A DNA stretch of 64,000 bases from NCBI GenBank assembly GCA_965263295.1, contig OZ253665.1, positions 1,312,001-1,376,000 on the forward strand, in the 5' to 3' direction. The DNA is from Spirochaetia bacterium. GTDB taxonomy: Bacteria > Spirochaetota > Spirochaetia > SP-2023. A model generated the notes under the pieces. That model had not been told where the DNA came from. It made no database searches and worked only from the letters and a program-made list of their open reading frames with translations. Numbering within the stretch: the stretch's first letter is position 1; each line of letters begins with the position of its first letter. This document shows positions 39,950-50,050 of the stretch, one piece after another. Made by a program: the position numbers and the translations under genes.

Positions 39950-42106
39950 ATGACCCTAAATTATCAATTACTGCCCGTCTACCAGCATCGTCAAGAAATC
40001 ATTGCCAAGTTGGAACAGAACCAGATACTTATCGTCGAGAGCCCTACAGGTTCGGGAAAAACCACTCAACTTCCGCTGATCTTGCACGAGGCTGGCTACA
40101 CCCGACGCGGCATGATGGGCATAACTCAGCCGCGCCGCATAGCGACCCTGTCCGTTTGCGATTTTATTTCTGAGCAGCTACAGTTACCTGTCGGAGACTT
40201 CATCGGTTACAAGATGCGCTTTGAAGATGCCACAGGACCGAACACCAAAATCAAAATTATGACGGATGGCACCCTGTTGCAGGAGCTGAAGCATGACCCA
40301 TTATTATTACGCTACTCCATACTGATGGTAGATGAGGCTCACGAGCGCAGCCTGACCATCGACTTCATTTTGGGGTTGCTAAAAAATCTCTTACTCAAAC
40401 GTCCTGAATTCCGTCTACTCGTATCCTCGGCCACCATCCGCACCGAAATTTTTAGCCAGTATTTTTTTAATGCCCCCGTCATTTCGATACAAGCGGAAAG
40501 TTTCCCGGTACAGGTCATATACCGACCGTCGCCGGCCTCTAACTATAAACGAGAAAAAACAAATAAACCGCATAAATCGGCCAAGGGCCCTCAGCTGCCA
40601 ACACAATGCTTAAACCCAGTTGAAGAACAAGCTCTACAAATTCGTGACCTAATTCTGCAACTCGAACAGCAGGATGGGCCGCACAGCCGGGGCGCCGTAC
40701 TGGTATTTCTGCCCGGCGAAGCCAATATCAAAGCCTGCGTGGCGGCCTTGCACCCCTGTGAACAAAACCACGGGATCTATGTCCTGCCTCTTTACGCCCG
40801 TCTCGGCAAAGAAGAGCAACAACGAATTTTCAAGGATGCCCCCTTTTCTAAACATTTACAACGCCCTTGTCGCAAGATAATCCTGGCCACCAACATTGCC
40901 GAGACCAGCTTGACGATAGAGGGAGTCACCGTGGTCATTGATACGGGCCTGGCAAAACTCAGCCACTACGACAGTTATATTCAACACACGGAGCTGCGCG
41001 AGAGCAACATTTCCAAGGCTTCTGCCGAACAGCGCAAAGGCCGGGCCGGGCGTCTGGCACCCGGACTTTGTTACCGATTATATAGCCGCAGTGTCTTCCA
41101 AACCATGCGGCCCTATACCCAAGAAGAAATCCAGCGCACCGATCTTACCGAAGTTATTCTTCGCATGGCTGAACTTGACATATACAGATTTGAAGACTTT
41201 GACTTTCTGACCAAGCCGGACCCTAGCGATATTCGCAACGCCATCGACAGCCTGGTGCAGCTAGGGGCCTTGTCACCGCAGAGTCGCAAACTGACCGAAA
41301 TCGGCGAACAGATGTGCCATTTCCCCTTGCTGCCGCGGCATTCGCGTATCTTGATTGAAGCCCTGCGCATCAGTCTGAATTGTATTCATCCGGCCTGCGT
41401 CATAATCGCCTTCCTCTCATCAAACTCGCCTTTTTTGCTACCACACGGCCAAGAACGCGAGGCACGCGAGGCGCAGAAACGTTTTATGGGGAATTATGGG
41501 GATTTTGAATTCTACTTGCGGATCTTCAGTCACTACAGCTCCATGCGTGACCTAGGTGAAAGACAGCAATTTTGTGAACGCTACTTTCTGGATCAGCGAA
41601 CCATGCATGAACTACAGCGTATTGTAGAACAACTAAAAGAAATTATCCGCAGTAATTATCCGGGTATAGCCATTCCTCCGGCCCCCGAAACCAACGGTAG
41701 TGGCAAAAGCTCAGCCTTCCAACCGCACAATCCACGTTATTGCGAAGAATATATGCGGGCTTGCATGGCTGGTTTGCAGAGCGGTCTCTGTATCCAAGAA
41801 GAGCTAGGGACCAAAACACACGGCCGGCGCAGCCGGCGTCGCAAGATATTATATCGCAGCCTGACAACCCGCAACATCGTGATTCATCCCGGCTCCAGCC
41901 TATTTTACCGACCGCCCAAGTATATACTCTCAGGAGAGATTATACGAACATCGCAGACTTATGCCCGTTCAGCCAGCTTGATAGAGGCCCAGTGGATTGA
42001 TAATTTTGACCCTGGATTACGCAAGCAACTGAAAAAGCTCGCTCGCGGCAACAACCCCAAACAAAAACAGGTGCAATCGGCCATTCAAAACCTTCCAACC
42101 CAATGA
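39950..42106 (+). CDS. hrpA: HrpA-like DEAH-box RNA helicase
   Basis: SPTGSGKTTQLP, TQPRRIA, DEAHERS, SAT, ATNIAETSLTI, QRKGRAGR, HA2 and OB (IHPGSSL) regions. Confidence 0.9.
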   Translation: MTLNYQLLPVYQHRQEIIAKLEQNQILIVESPTGSGKTTQLPLILHEAGYTRRGMMGITQPRRIATLSVCDFISEQLQLPVGDFIGYKMRFEDATGPNTKIKIMTDGTLLQELKHDPLLLRYSILMVDEAHERSLTIDFILGLLKNLLLKRPEFRLLVSSATIRTEIFSQYFFNAPVISIQAESFPVQVIYRPSPASNYKREKTNKPHKSAKGPQLPTQCLNPVEEQALQIRDLILQLEQQDGPHSRGAVLVFLPGEANIKACVAALHPCEQNHGIYVLPLYARLGKEEQQRIFKDAPFSKHLQRPCRKIILATNIAETSLTIEGVTVVIDTGLAKLSHYDSYIQHTELRESNISKASAEQRKGRAGRLAPGLCYRLYSRSVFQTMRPYTQEEIQRTDLTEVILRMAELDIYRFEDFDFLTKPDPSDIRNAIDSLVQLGALSPQSRKLTEIGEQMCHFPLLPRHSRILIEALRISLNCIHPACVIIAFLSSNSPFLLPHGQEREAREAQKRFMGNYGDFEFYLRIFSHYSSMRDLGERQQFCERYFLDQRTMHELQRIVEQLKEIIRSNYPGIAIPPAPETNGSGKSSAFQPHNPRYCEEYMRACMAGLQSGLCIQEELGTKTHGRRSRRRKILYRSLTTRNIVIHPGSSLFYRPPKYILSGEIIRTSQTYARSASLIEAQWIDNFDPGLRKQLKKLARGNNPKQKQVQSAIQNLPTQ

Positions 42107-42247
42107 CCGCGCGCAAACGCAAAACGGGAGCGGCCAAACACTGACAAACACCACAGCGATAAAGCCCGAAAACTTCTGGCCCCAATGGGCGGCAATATCT
42201 GGGAGGTCGGGAGCGAGAGGCCATCGACACAGTTGCCGACAACATCG

Positions 42248-43009
42248 TCAATATGTAGTTTGACTCTCGCCGCCTTCCAGCAAAGCCTGCAATAGACCGC
42301 TGGCCCCGAAGCGGAAAGTACGAGGCTGCAAGAAATCTTCTCCCAAGACCTTTGCCGCCAACTGTAAGTAGGGCAGGGCATCGTTGAGGCTGCGAATACC
42401 GCCGGAAACTTTTAAACCACAGCGCTTAGCGCCTGAGCTCCCCCACGCTTGAATACATTGCAAAATGATTTCAGCGGCTTCCAAAGTCGCGCCTGCGGAA
42501 ATCTTGCCCGTCGAAGTCTTGATGAAGTCTACCCCAGCCTCAATACCTATTTTCGAACAGCGCTTAATTTCATCCGAATCCAACTGACCACTCTCAATGA
42601 TCAATTTTAAAATCTTAGCATGGGTCTCATTGCGGCAGGCCTGCACAAAGTCTAGTTTTGCGGCAAAATCACGATAAGCTCCATAAATCCTATGGCGTGG
42701 ATGGGGAATCACTAGATCAATTTCATCCGCACCCTGCTGCAGCGCATAGTGAATTTCAGCAATGACCTCATCCAAAGGTAGTTCGCCATGCGGGAAGTTG
42801 ACTACCGAAGCTACCGCCAATTGCGGCAGCCTAGCCTGAGCGAGCGAGTCTTTCACCTGCGAGACAAAGCGAGGATAGACACAAATTGCAGCTACTGATC
42901 CCAACGGACTATGGGCCTCTTTGGCCATTGCGTGCAGCTGTGCTTTCGTTTCTTCGCCACTTAAACTGGTATAGTCCATCAACGATACTATTGTATGTTT
43001 AATATCCAT
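42248..43009 (-). CDS. deoC: Deoxyribose-phosphate aldolase
   Basis: MDYTSL, AAICVYPRFV, VVNFPHG, GADEIDLV, LKLIIESG, FIKTSTGK, GLKVSGGIR, RFGASGLL. Confidence 0.95.
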   Translation of the reverse strand: MDIKHTIVSLMDYTSLSGEETKAQLHAMAKEAHSPLGSVAAICVYPRFVSQVKDSLAQARLPQLAVASVVNFPHGELPLDEVIAEIHYALQQGADEIDLVIPHPRHRIYGAYRDFAAKLDFVQACRNETHAKILKLIIESGQLDSDEIKRCSKIGIEAGVDFIKTSTGKISAGATLEAAEIILQCIQAWGSSGAKRCGLKVSGGIRSLNDALPYLQLAAKVLGEDFLQPRTFRFGASGLLQALLEGGESQTTY

Positions 43010-43184
43010 AAGGCCCCCATCAGGAAAGCTAGACGCTCTAGCTTGAGCTTTTAAAACCCGGCTGTCCAGCCCCTGATATTCTTGTAGAAGCACAGTCCCA
43101 GAGTAAAAATGCCAAAATTGCAAGTAGTAATTGTACACTAATTATCGCTTTCCACAAGCATGGCTTTTCGCTTATAATATCGCC

Positions 43185-44129
43185 ATGACAAGCTATCCAA
43201 CAGCGACTCAGATTATTCCCCAGGCAGGCCCAGTCACTAATACAGCCGCACCACCCACAACTCAACAGCCTGTAACGCAAGACCTCCTGGTCACAAAGCG
43301 CCTTCGTGCCCTAGCGCTTACGCTCACCATTACGGCTTTATGGGTGCTCCTGTCGTTCGGCTGTGCCCAGCTACCGACCAACTCCATCCAGGAATTCATT
43401 CCCCGCATGCAGGAACAAGCTGCCGAGCAGGCTGTGAACGGCCAAGCCATACAAATTGTACGTCATCAAAATTACATCCTCGGTTATTACGAAGCCAGTG
43501 AACAGCCCGCCTGGGTACTCTACGAACTGCGCGCCGATCAACTCCTCGCTCCGCGCTGGAAACGCAGTGGCAATTTTCGCGCCGATCCTGTCGTCGCCAG
43601 TGGTTCTGCCAGCCTCTCCGATTACTACAAGAGTGGCTACGACCGAGGGCACCTGGCCCCGGCGGCGGACATGGCATTCAGCGAAAAGGCCATGAGTGAG
43701 TCCTTCTACCTCTCAAACATCAGTCCACAACGACCGGCCTTCAACCGTGGTATCTGGCGCCATCTAGAAGAACTGATGCGTCGCTGGGCCATCGCCTACC
43801 AGCGCATCATAATCGTCACCGCCGGCGTAGTGACCGGGCCTCAGGCCCCCCCTTCTCAAAACCTCGCCAGCATCGGCGAAAACCAAGTCTGGGTACCGCA
43901 CAACTATTATAAAGTCGTATATGACCCAGAACGCCAGTTGATGATCGCCTTTTTACTACAGAATCGCGCATATCAGCTTCAGGATGACGAAAAACTCTCT
44001 ATTTTTGCCACGACAGTAGATGCCGTAGAAGAACTCAGCGCCCTTGACTTTTTCCCTCAGTTGCCCGATACGATTGAAGAAAGCATGGAATCGCAGGCAG
44101 ATCTTAGCGCTTGGGACTTCGCGGACTAG
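43185..44129 (+). CDS. DNA/RNA non-specific endonuclease (NucA/EndA type), probably a lipoprotein or exported
   Basis: YDRGHLAPAAD, ESFYLSNISPQRPAFNRGIW..LE; hydrophobic segment ending LSFGC. Confidence 0.93.
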   Translation: MTSYPTATQIIPQAGPVTNTAAPPTTQQPVTQDLLVTKRLRALALTLTITALWVLLSFGCAQLPTNSIQEFIPRMQEQAAEQAVNGQAIQIVRHQNYILGYYEASEQPAWVLYELRADQLLAPRWKRSGNFRADPVVASGSASLSDYYKSGYDRGHLAPAADMAFSEKAMSESFYLSNISPQRPAFNRGIWRHLEELMRRWAIAYQRIIIVTAGVVTGPQAPPSQNLASIGENQVWVPHNYYKVVYDPERQLMIAFLLQNRAYQLQDDEKLSIFATTVDAVEELSALDFFPQLPDTIEESMESQADLSAWDFAD

Positions 44130-44420
44130 ACCTGGCAGTCCGACAGGTTCCGCCCTTGGCAGCCCGAGCTCGGGCTGCACGAGATCTTCGGCGAAATATC
44201 CTTGAAATATCCTTTGCGGCAATTTTTTGACCGCGGGCAAAAGGCCACTCTGTTTCAAAGTCTAATCAATCTGGGCAAGCTTTACGACCAATAAATCTTT
44301 TGATAAAGATTCTCACTATTAAGCCATTGCTAAACAATCAATTAACATCAAAGCTAGGCAAAAAAAAAGAAATATATTATATTGGCAGCATTAATATTTT
44401 GATTCTTACGGAGTTCTAGC

Positions 44421-45092
44421 GTGCGCACTGAAAAGCCGTTAAATGTCGCGCCTTCAATCCTTGCCGCCGACTTCGCCCATATGGGACGGGACGCCCGCGG
44501 CATTGCCGAGGCAGGCGCGGAGTGGATACATATTGATGTAATGGATGGCCATTTTGTACCGCCAATTAGTTTTGGCGCCCAGATGGTCCAGGCCCTGCGA
44601 CCCCACAGCCGGCTGCCTTTTGACGTCCACTTAATGGTTGAGCGCCCGGAAACCCAAGTAGACAATTTTGCCCAGGCCGGGGCGGACCTGATCACCTTTC
44701 ATTTAGAGGCCACGACTCACGTACACCGCCTGATACAGCGCATCAAAAAACTAGATAAGAGAGCGGGTATCGCCATTGTCCCCTCAACTCCGGTCAGTGC
44801 CCTGAGCGAATTACTTACCGAAGTGGACCTGATTTTAATCATGTCGGTCAACCCCGGTTACGGCGGCCAACAAATGATTTCCCAGACTCTGCAAAAAATT
44901 GCCCAGTTAGATCAACTGCGCCGTGAATATGGCTTTTCCTACCGTTTATCCGTCGACGGAGGGGTCAACACGCAAACTATTCATACTGTCCGCGATAGCG
45001 GTGTGGATATTGTCGTAGTCGGTTCGGCCTTTTTTGACTTGCAGTCCAGCACTGAGCGCAAACAGTTTGTACAAATGATCAAGCAACTTTGA
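44421..45092 (+). CDS. rpe: Ribulose-phosphate 3-epimerase
   Basis: APSILAADF, HIDVMDGHFVP, DVHLMV, MSVNPGYGGQ, VDGGVN. Confidence 0.97.
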   Translation: MRTEKPLNVAPSILAADFAHMGRDARGIAEAGAEWIHIDVMDGHFVPPISFGAQMVQALRPHSRLPFDVHLMVERPETQVDNFAQAGADLITFHLEATTHVHRLIQRIKKLDKRAGIAIVPSTPVSALSELLTEVDLILIMSVNPGYGGQQMISQTLQKIAQLDQLRREYGFSYRLSVDGGVNTQTIHTVRDSGVDIVVVGSAFFDLQSSTERKQFVQMIKQL

Positions 45093-45130
45093 ACAACTTT
45101 GGACAACTTTGGACAACGGACAACTTTAGA
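45084..45130. repeat. 10-bp tandem repeat CAACTTTG(G/A)A overlapping the rpe stop
   Basis: Five units, one with a 3-nt deletion. Confidence 0.85.
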
Positions 45131-45149
45131 ATGGTGGAGGCGTTTAGCA

Positions 45150-46598
45150 ATGCGACAGATTTTTCCCGCTCTGCACAAGCCGGTACACACCTTCAAAGCA
45201 GGCGGCTTTCACCCCCGCGTCGCGAATCCCCTGGAAGGCAAGCCAGCGGGCATTGAGCATATTGATACTCTGCCGAAAATTGAAATACCTCTGCTGCAGC
45301 ACATTGGTCCCGTAGCCAAACCCATAGTCGATATTGGCGAACGAGTGCAGCGCAACCAGTTAATCGCCCAGACGGGAAAACTGGTAGGCGGCGAACTGAA
45401 GCAGGGATTTTTGTACAGCCGCATCCACGCGCCGATGGATGGCATTGTGACCGTTTTGGAAAGCCGCACTTTGGCCAACGGTATGAAGGCCCAGGTTGTC
45501 ACCATTGAACGTGAAGCTTTGGAAACCAATGGAGTCAATCCACAGTCCGGCGACAAGCAGGAAACCAGAGCCTGGCGCGGCAAGGGCTACAAAGAAATTC
45601 TCGAACGCATTGCGCTAGCTGGCATTGTCGGCCAGGGTGGAGCCACTTTCCCCACGGATATAAAATTGCGCTTGCCCATTAATCGGCGTTGTGACTACCT
45701 TTTACTCAATGCAGCCGAATGCGAGCCATATTTACACAGCGACGCGAGCTTGCTGGAGGAGCGCGCCTTTGATGTCATCGGTGGCATTGATGTCTTAGCC
45801 GAGGGGCTACGCCCCAAGCACGTTGTCATCGGCCTGGAACAGAACAAGTCCTACCTGCTGCCGCGGTTGCGACAAACCATCCAGCGTTATCGCGAATACT
45901 TGAAACGAACAGAAGGTAGCGGCGAGTTGCTGCCACGCTTGCGCATCGCCATGCTGCGGACTCGCTACCCCCAGGGCGCAGAGCGCCAGTTGGTCGCAAC
46001 TATCAGTGGCCGTGAAGTGCCCCCCGGCAAGCTGCCACTAGAAGTCGGTTGCGTAGTCGTCAATGTCGCCACCGGCAAAGCTATTTTCGATGCCGTGCAG
46101 CTTGGGCTGCCGCTGACGCGGCGTATCGTTACGATTTCGGGTGGCGCCGTAGCTCGGCCCAAAGTCTTTGACGCCCCGATTGGCAGCCCGGTCTCCGAAC
46201 TGCTAGAACTCTGCGGCGGCCTGAGCAAACCCGTCGCCCGCATGATGAATGGCGGCCCCATGATGGGCGCGGCCTTTTATGATCTGCGGCAATTTGTCAC
46301 TAAGGGCTCCAGCGGCTTCCTGTTCCTGACGGCCGAAGAAGTCGGACACAAAAAGCAGCGCCCTTGCATACATTGTGATGCCTGCATTCGCGTCTGTCCC
46401 ATGGGCTTGGAACCGACAGCCATGTACAAAGACGTCCTGGCTGAAAACCTCGCTGATGCCATGCGTATTGGCCTGATGAACTGCATTGAATGTGGGGCCT
46501 GCTCTAGTAGTTGCCCTTCGCAGATTCCCTTGACCCAAGGTTTTCGCATGGGCAAGACGCGCTGGCGTCAGCTGCAACAAAAACAGCCAGGCAAGTAG
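45150..46598 (+). CDS. rnfC: Rnf electron transport complex subunit C
   Basis: PLLQHIG, GIVGQGGATFPT..K, NAAECEPYL, YPQGAERQL, GGPMMG, two CxxCxxCxxxCP ferredoxin motifs. Confidence 0.95.
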   Translation: MRQIFPALHKPVHTFKAGGFHPRVANPLEGKPAGIEHIDTLPKIEIPLLQHIGPVAKPIVDIGERVQRNQLIAQTGKLVGGELKQGFLYSRIHAPMDGIVTVLESRTLANGMKAQVVTIEREALETNGVNPQSGDKQETRAWRGKGYKEILERIALAGIVGQGGATFPTDIKLRLPINRRCDYLLLNAAECEPYLHSDASLLEERAFDVIGGIDVLAEGLRPKHVVIGLEQNKSYLLPRLRQTIQRYREYLKRTEGSGELLPRLRIAMLRTRYPQGAERQLVATISGREVPPGKLPLEVGCVVVNVATGKAIFDAVQLGLPLTRRIVTISGGAVARPKVFDAPIGSPVSELLELCGGLSKPVARMMNGGPMMGAAFYDLRQFVTKGSSGFLFLTAEEVGHKKQRPCIHCDACIRVCPMGLEPTAMYKDVLAENLADAMRIGLMNCIECGACSSSCPSQIPLTQGFRMGKTRWRQLQQKQPGK

Positions 46599-46665
46599 CC
46601 ATGATGCCCAGAGACAAAATGGCGGACAAAATGGGAGGCAAAGCAGAGGCAAAGTGGAGGAACTT

Positions 46666-47874
46666 ATGGGCGCACAAAGCCAGCGGGCCGCAACCGCCAG
46701 ACCAGTCGCAAAAGACTGGAAAGATCTAGCTCCACGCAAGGTCTTCAGCTCGCCCCACATCTTTACCCGGCGCAGCAGCGCCCAAATCATGTGGCTGGTC
46801 AGTGCCTGTTTATTGCCCGCCGCACTGTGGGCCATATGGTTGTTCGGCTGGCACGCCTTACGCGTGCTGCTCCTCTCCATACTCAGTTGCATCGCGACAG
46901 AGGCGAGCTTCAACCTGATATTTTCGCGGCGCCGCAACCTCCTTTACCTGAACAAGATCCAGCGCATCCAATGGACTCTAGACGATGGCAGTGCGGTACT
47001 TTCGGGTTTGCTGCTCGGCATGAACTTATCGCCGCTAGTTCCCAGCTACATTCCCATTTTCGGCGGAATCTTTGCCATGGCCATATGCAAGTGGAGCTTC
47101 GGCGGCTTGGGTGCCAACTGGGTCAATCCGGCACTTGCCGGCCGTGCCTTTGTGTTCTTCTCTTTCGGGCGGGAAATGGCTAGCTGGCCAAAGCCCGCCC
47201 ACGTTCTGCAAGACAATGCAATGACAAACTTCGACGCCGAAACCGTCGCCAGCCCCCTGGGCATCTTCAAAGAGCAACTATTGCTCGCACAGGCCAGCGC
47301 TCCCGACGACACAGCCGGCGGCGCTTTGCAAAACTGGAGCAACGGCATGCAACTGGATGGCGCCGAGGGACTTTGGAACCTTCTTTGGGGCTTCCAGCCG
47401 GGTTCCACCGGCGAAGTCGCCACCCTATTTCTGCTGTTGGGCGGCCTGGCTCTTTGGGGCATGCGCATAATCAGCTGGCACATCCCACTTGCCTTTTTGG
47501 GCAGCTTTGCTTTGCTGACCTGGATTTTCGGCGGCCTCTACCTAGGGCATGGTTTATTCAAAGGCGAAGTATTGTTCCACCTACTTAGCGGCGGTCTGAT
47601 GCTTGGCGCCTGGTTTATGGCCACCGATTATTCAAGTTGCCCCAAAATGCCCTCAGGCAAATTCATCTTCGGCCTAGGTTGCGGTTTGCTCACCTTTTTG
47701 ATTCGCTTTTACGGCTCCTACCCTGAAGGAGTAATGCTGGCAATTCTGTTCATGAACATCTGGACTCCAACTATCGACATTCTGATCCGGCCGCGCATAT
47801 TTGGCTCAGGTAAACGCGGCCCCAGGAGCCAAAAAGACGAACGACGGAGCGTTCTCAATTTGCCGAGTTACTAA
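46666..47874 (+). CDS. rnfD: Rnf subunit D
   Basis: SSPHI, DGSAVLSGLLLG, FGGLGANWVNPALAGR, ETVASPL, GSTGE, FMATDY, YPEGV. Confidence 0.95.
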   Translation: MGAQSQRAATARPVAKDWKDLAPRKVFSSPHIFTRRSSAQIMWLVSACLLPAALWAIWLFGWHALRVLLLSILSCIATEASFNLIFSRRRNLLYLNKIQRIQWTLDDGSAVLSGLLLGMNLSPLVPSYIPIFGGIFAMAICKWSFGGLGANWVNPALAGRAFVFFSFGREMASWPKPAHVLQDNAMTNFDAETVASPLGIFKEQLLLAQASAPDDTAGGALQNWSNGMQLDGAEGLWNLLWGFQPGSTGEVATLFLLLGGLALWGMRIISWHIPLAFLGSFALLTWIFGGLYLGHGLFKGEVLFHLLSGGLMLGAWFMATDYSSCPKMPSGKFIFGLGCGLLTFLIRFYGSYPEGVMLAILFMNIWTPTIDILIRPRIFGSGKRGPRSQKDERRSVLNLPSY

Positions 47875-47897
47875 TAGCCAGAATTCAAGGAAACCCG

Positions 47898-48599
47898 ATG
47901 AAGAGATATGGAAAGAATATGGATATGCAACGCTTTTCTTTATTGTTCCGAGCCCCGCTGACTCTAAGCATCATTTGTATGATCGCCACTGGCGCCTTGG
48001 CCTCATTGAACCAGGCCACCCGCGAGACCATTGCCCAGGTGCGGGCCCAGTCTCAGCTTTCCGCCTTTGTGACCTTGCTGAGCCGCGGCGGCGACCCGAT
48101 TCAAGACCGACAGCAGCCAGAGCTTGCAGAACTCAAGCAGGCCGCCTTGCAGGCCATTCAAGCGGGGAGAGATGTCGGGACCTCTGGATACGTACACACC
48201 GAATACCACCTGGCGCAAGCTGCGGCACAATTTCAGGGCCAGTCCACCCCAGAGCTCTACATCCTGCAGCTGGAGGGACGGGGCTTTGGCGGGCCCCTGG
48301 AAATTTATGCCGCCTATTTGCCTGGAGGTCGCGTCTACCATGCCATCATGCTGGACAATTCCGAAACGCCAGGTTTCGGCAAAAAAGCTGAAGACCCCAG
48401 CTACATGAAAATGTTCTGGGGCCAAGGCCCCAGCCGATCTGAGCGGGACCGCAAAATTCCCACGAGCAAGCAGGAACTTTCGGGTGCACAGCTCGACGCT
48501 GTGACTGGCAGTACCATTTCCTTCAGCGCCATTTCAACTGCCGTGCTTGCCGGCGCCGATTGGCTCGCACAGCAAAAACAAACGCGGCAAAAACCATAA
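47898..48599 (+). CDS. rnfG: Rnf subunit G (FMN-binding)
   Basis: N-terminal TM, GFGGPL, SETPGFG, DAVTGSTIS flavinylation motif. Confidence 0.9.
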   Translation: MKRYGKNMDMQRFSLLFRAPLTLSIICMIATGALASLNQATRETIAQVRAQSQLSAFVTLLSRGGDPIQDRQQPELAELKQAALQAIQAGRDVGTSGYVHTEYHLAQAAAQFQGQSTPELYILQLEGRGFGGPLEIYAAYLPGGRVYHAIMLDNSETPGFGKKAEDPSYMKMFWGQGPSRSERDRKIPTSKQELSGAQLDAVTGSTISFSAISTAVLAGADWLAQQKQTRQKP

Positions 48600-48612
48600 T
48601 CAGGAGGCCCCG

Positions 48613-49419
48613 ATGAGCTTGCATGACACTAATAGCCTTAATCCAACGGGCTGCGCCAAACTCCGGCGGCAACTAATTGGAAAAAATCCCGTGCTGGTCG
48701 ACTTCATGGGCCTGTGCCCGGTACTCGCTGTCACCAACACCGTATACAATGCCCTGGGCATGGCGCTGGGGACATCTGCCGTCCTGCTGGCAGCTGCGGT
48801 CATCGCATCCATGGTACGCGGCTTCATCCCCGCAGAAGTGCGCATCCCCGCGTATATAATCATCATTGCCGGCCTGGTCAGTTCGGTAGACATCCTGATG
48901 AAAGCCTATGCGCCAGACCTGTCCAAAAATCTGGGGGCCTTTGTCTCTCTAATTGTGGTCAATTGCCTAATCCTGGGGCAAGTCGAATCCTTCTCTTCAA
49001 AAAATCCACCGCTGTCCAGCCTTTGGGATGCCTTTTGTACCTCCATTGGCTTTACCTTTGCCCTAGTTTTAGTGGCTGTGTGCCGCGAACTCCTGGGTGA
49101 CGGCAGCATCACGATTGCCGGCCACGGACTCTGGCCCCAGCTCGTGACTTGGGCTCCTTTCGGCCCAGAGGGCATCCAGTTTGGTTTATACCGCGGGCAG
49201 ATTTTGACACCTTTCAGCCCCGAACTCGACGGCAAAGCCTTCTTCCTCTTCACGCTACCTGCTGGAGCTCTATTTGTGGTCGGCTATTTGGGGGCATTTT
49301 TTGCCTGGTTACAACAGCGCCGAGCCTCGGCCTTGCAGCGCCAGAAAGTCCGTGCGATAGAAGCAAAGCTGCGGGCTCCCAAAGTGATTGAAACAAAAGG
49401 AGGCCCGGCCCATGCATAA
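48613..49419 (+). CDS. rnfE: Rnf subunit E
   Basis: NPVLV..MGLCPVLAVT, VRIP.YI.IIA, LIVVNCLILG, RELLGDG; AGGAGG RBS. Confidence 0.93.
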   Translation: MSLHDTNSLNPTGCAKLRRQLIGKNPVLVDFMGLCPVLAVTNTVYNALGMALGTSAVLLAAAVIASMVRGFIPAEVRIPAYIIIIAGLVSSVDILMKAYAPDLSKNLGAFVSLIVVNCLILGQVESFSSKNPPLSSLWDAFCTSIGFTFALVLVAVCRELLGDGSITIAGHGLWPQLVTWAPFGPEGIQFGLYRGQILTPFSPELDGKAFFLFTLPAGALFVVGYLGAFFAWLQQRRASALQRQKVRAIEAKLRAPKVIETKGGPAHA

Positions 49420-50008
49420 TCTCGGTATTCTCCTCGCCTACATTTTTGTCACGAACGTCGTATTGACGCGCTTCCTCGGTCTCTGTCCTTTCTTTGGTGT
49501 CTCAAAGGACCTAGGCTCGGCCATCGGCATGGGTGCCGCCGTGACTTTTGTACTGACCCTGGCCAGTCTGGTCAGCTCTTCTTTATACTATTTTGTATTG
49601 TTGCCCCTACATCTGAGTTTTTTAAAACTGCTGGTCTTCATTTTCGTCATCGCCTCGCTGGTGCAATTCGTCGAAATGCTCATCCGCAAGTTTAGTCCTG
49701 GCCTCTATCAAGTCCTGGGTATCTACCTCCCGTTGATTACCACCAACTGTGGCGTACTCGGCGTAGCCCTTTGGAATGTCGACACCGACCAGTACAACGT
49801 GGTCGAAAGTACTCTAGCGGGGTTTGCCGGCGGCTTGGGGTTTACCCTGGTTTTAGTCTTAATGGCGGGTATCCGCGTGCGCTTGCAAGTCGAGCGCGTT
49901 CCCCGGCTGCTTCAGGGCACACCGATCGCCTTTATCTCCGCCGGCTTGATGGCCTTGGGCTTCTATGCCTTTGACTTAGGGCTGCTCAGTAATCTGGGGC
50001 TGCGCTAA
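49412..50008 (+). CDS. rnfA: Rnf subunit A
   Basis: NVVLTRFLGLCPFFGVS, LGIYLPLITTNC.VLG; AGGAGG RBS. Confidence 0.95.
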   Translation: MHNLGILLAYIFVTNVVLTRFLGLCPFFGVSKDLGSAIGMGAAVTFVLTLASLVSSSLYYFVLLPLHLSFLKLLVFIFVIASLVQFVEMLIRKFSPGLYQVLGIYLPLITTNCGVLGVALWNVDTDQYNVVESTLAGFAGGLGFTLVLVLMAGIRVRLQVERVPRLLQGTPIAFISAGLMALGFYAFDLGLLSNLGLR

Positions 50009-50050
50009 GCCCCCCATACCAATTTCGCCCAATTTCGCAAGGAATCTGCC

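Noticed and set aside
45084..45130. CRISPR-like array (also considered for other short arrays)
   Set aside because: Units are 10-12 bp, head to tail with no spacers, and no cas genes are present
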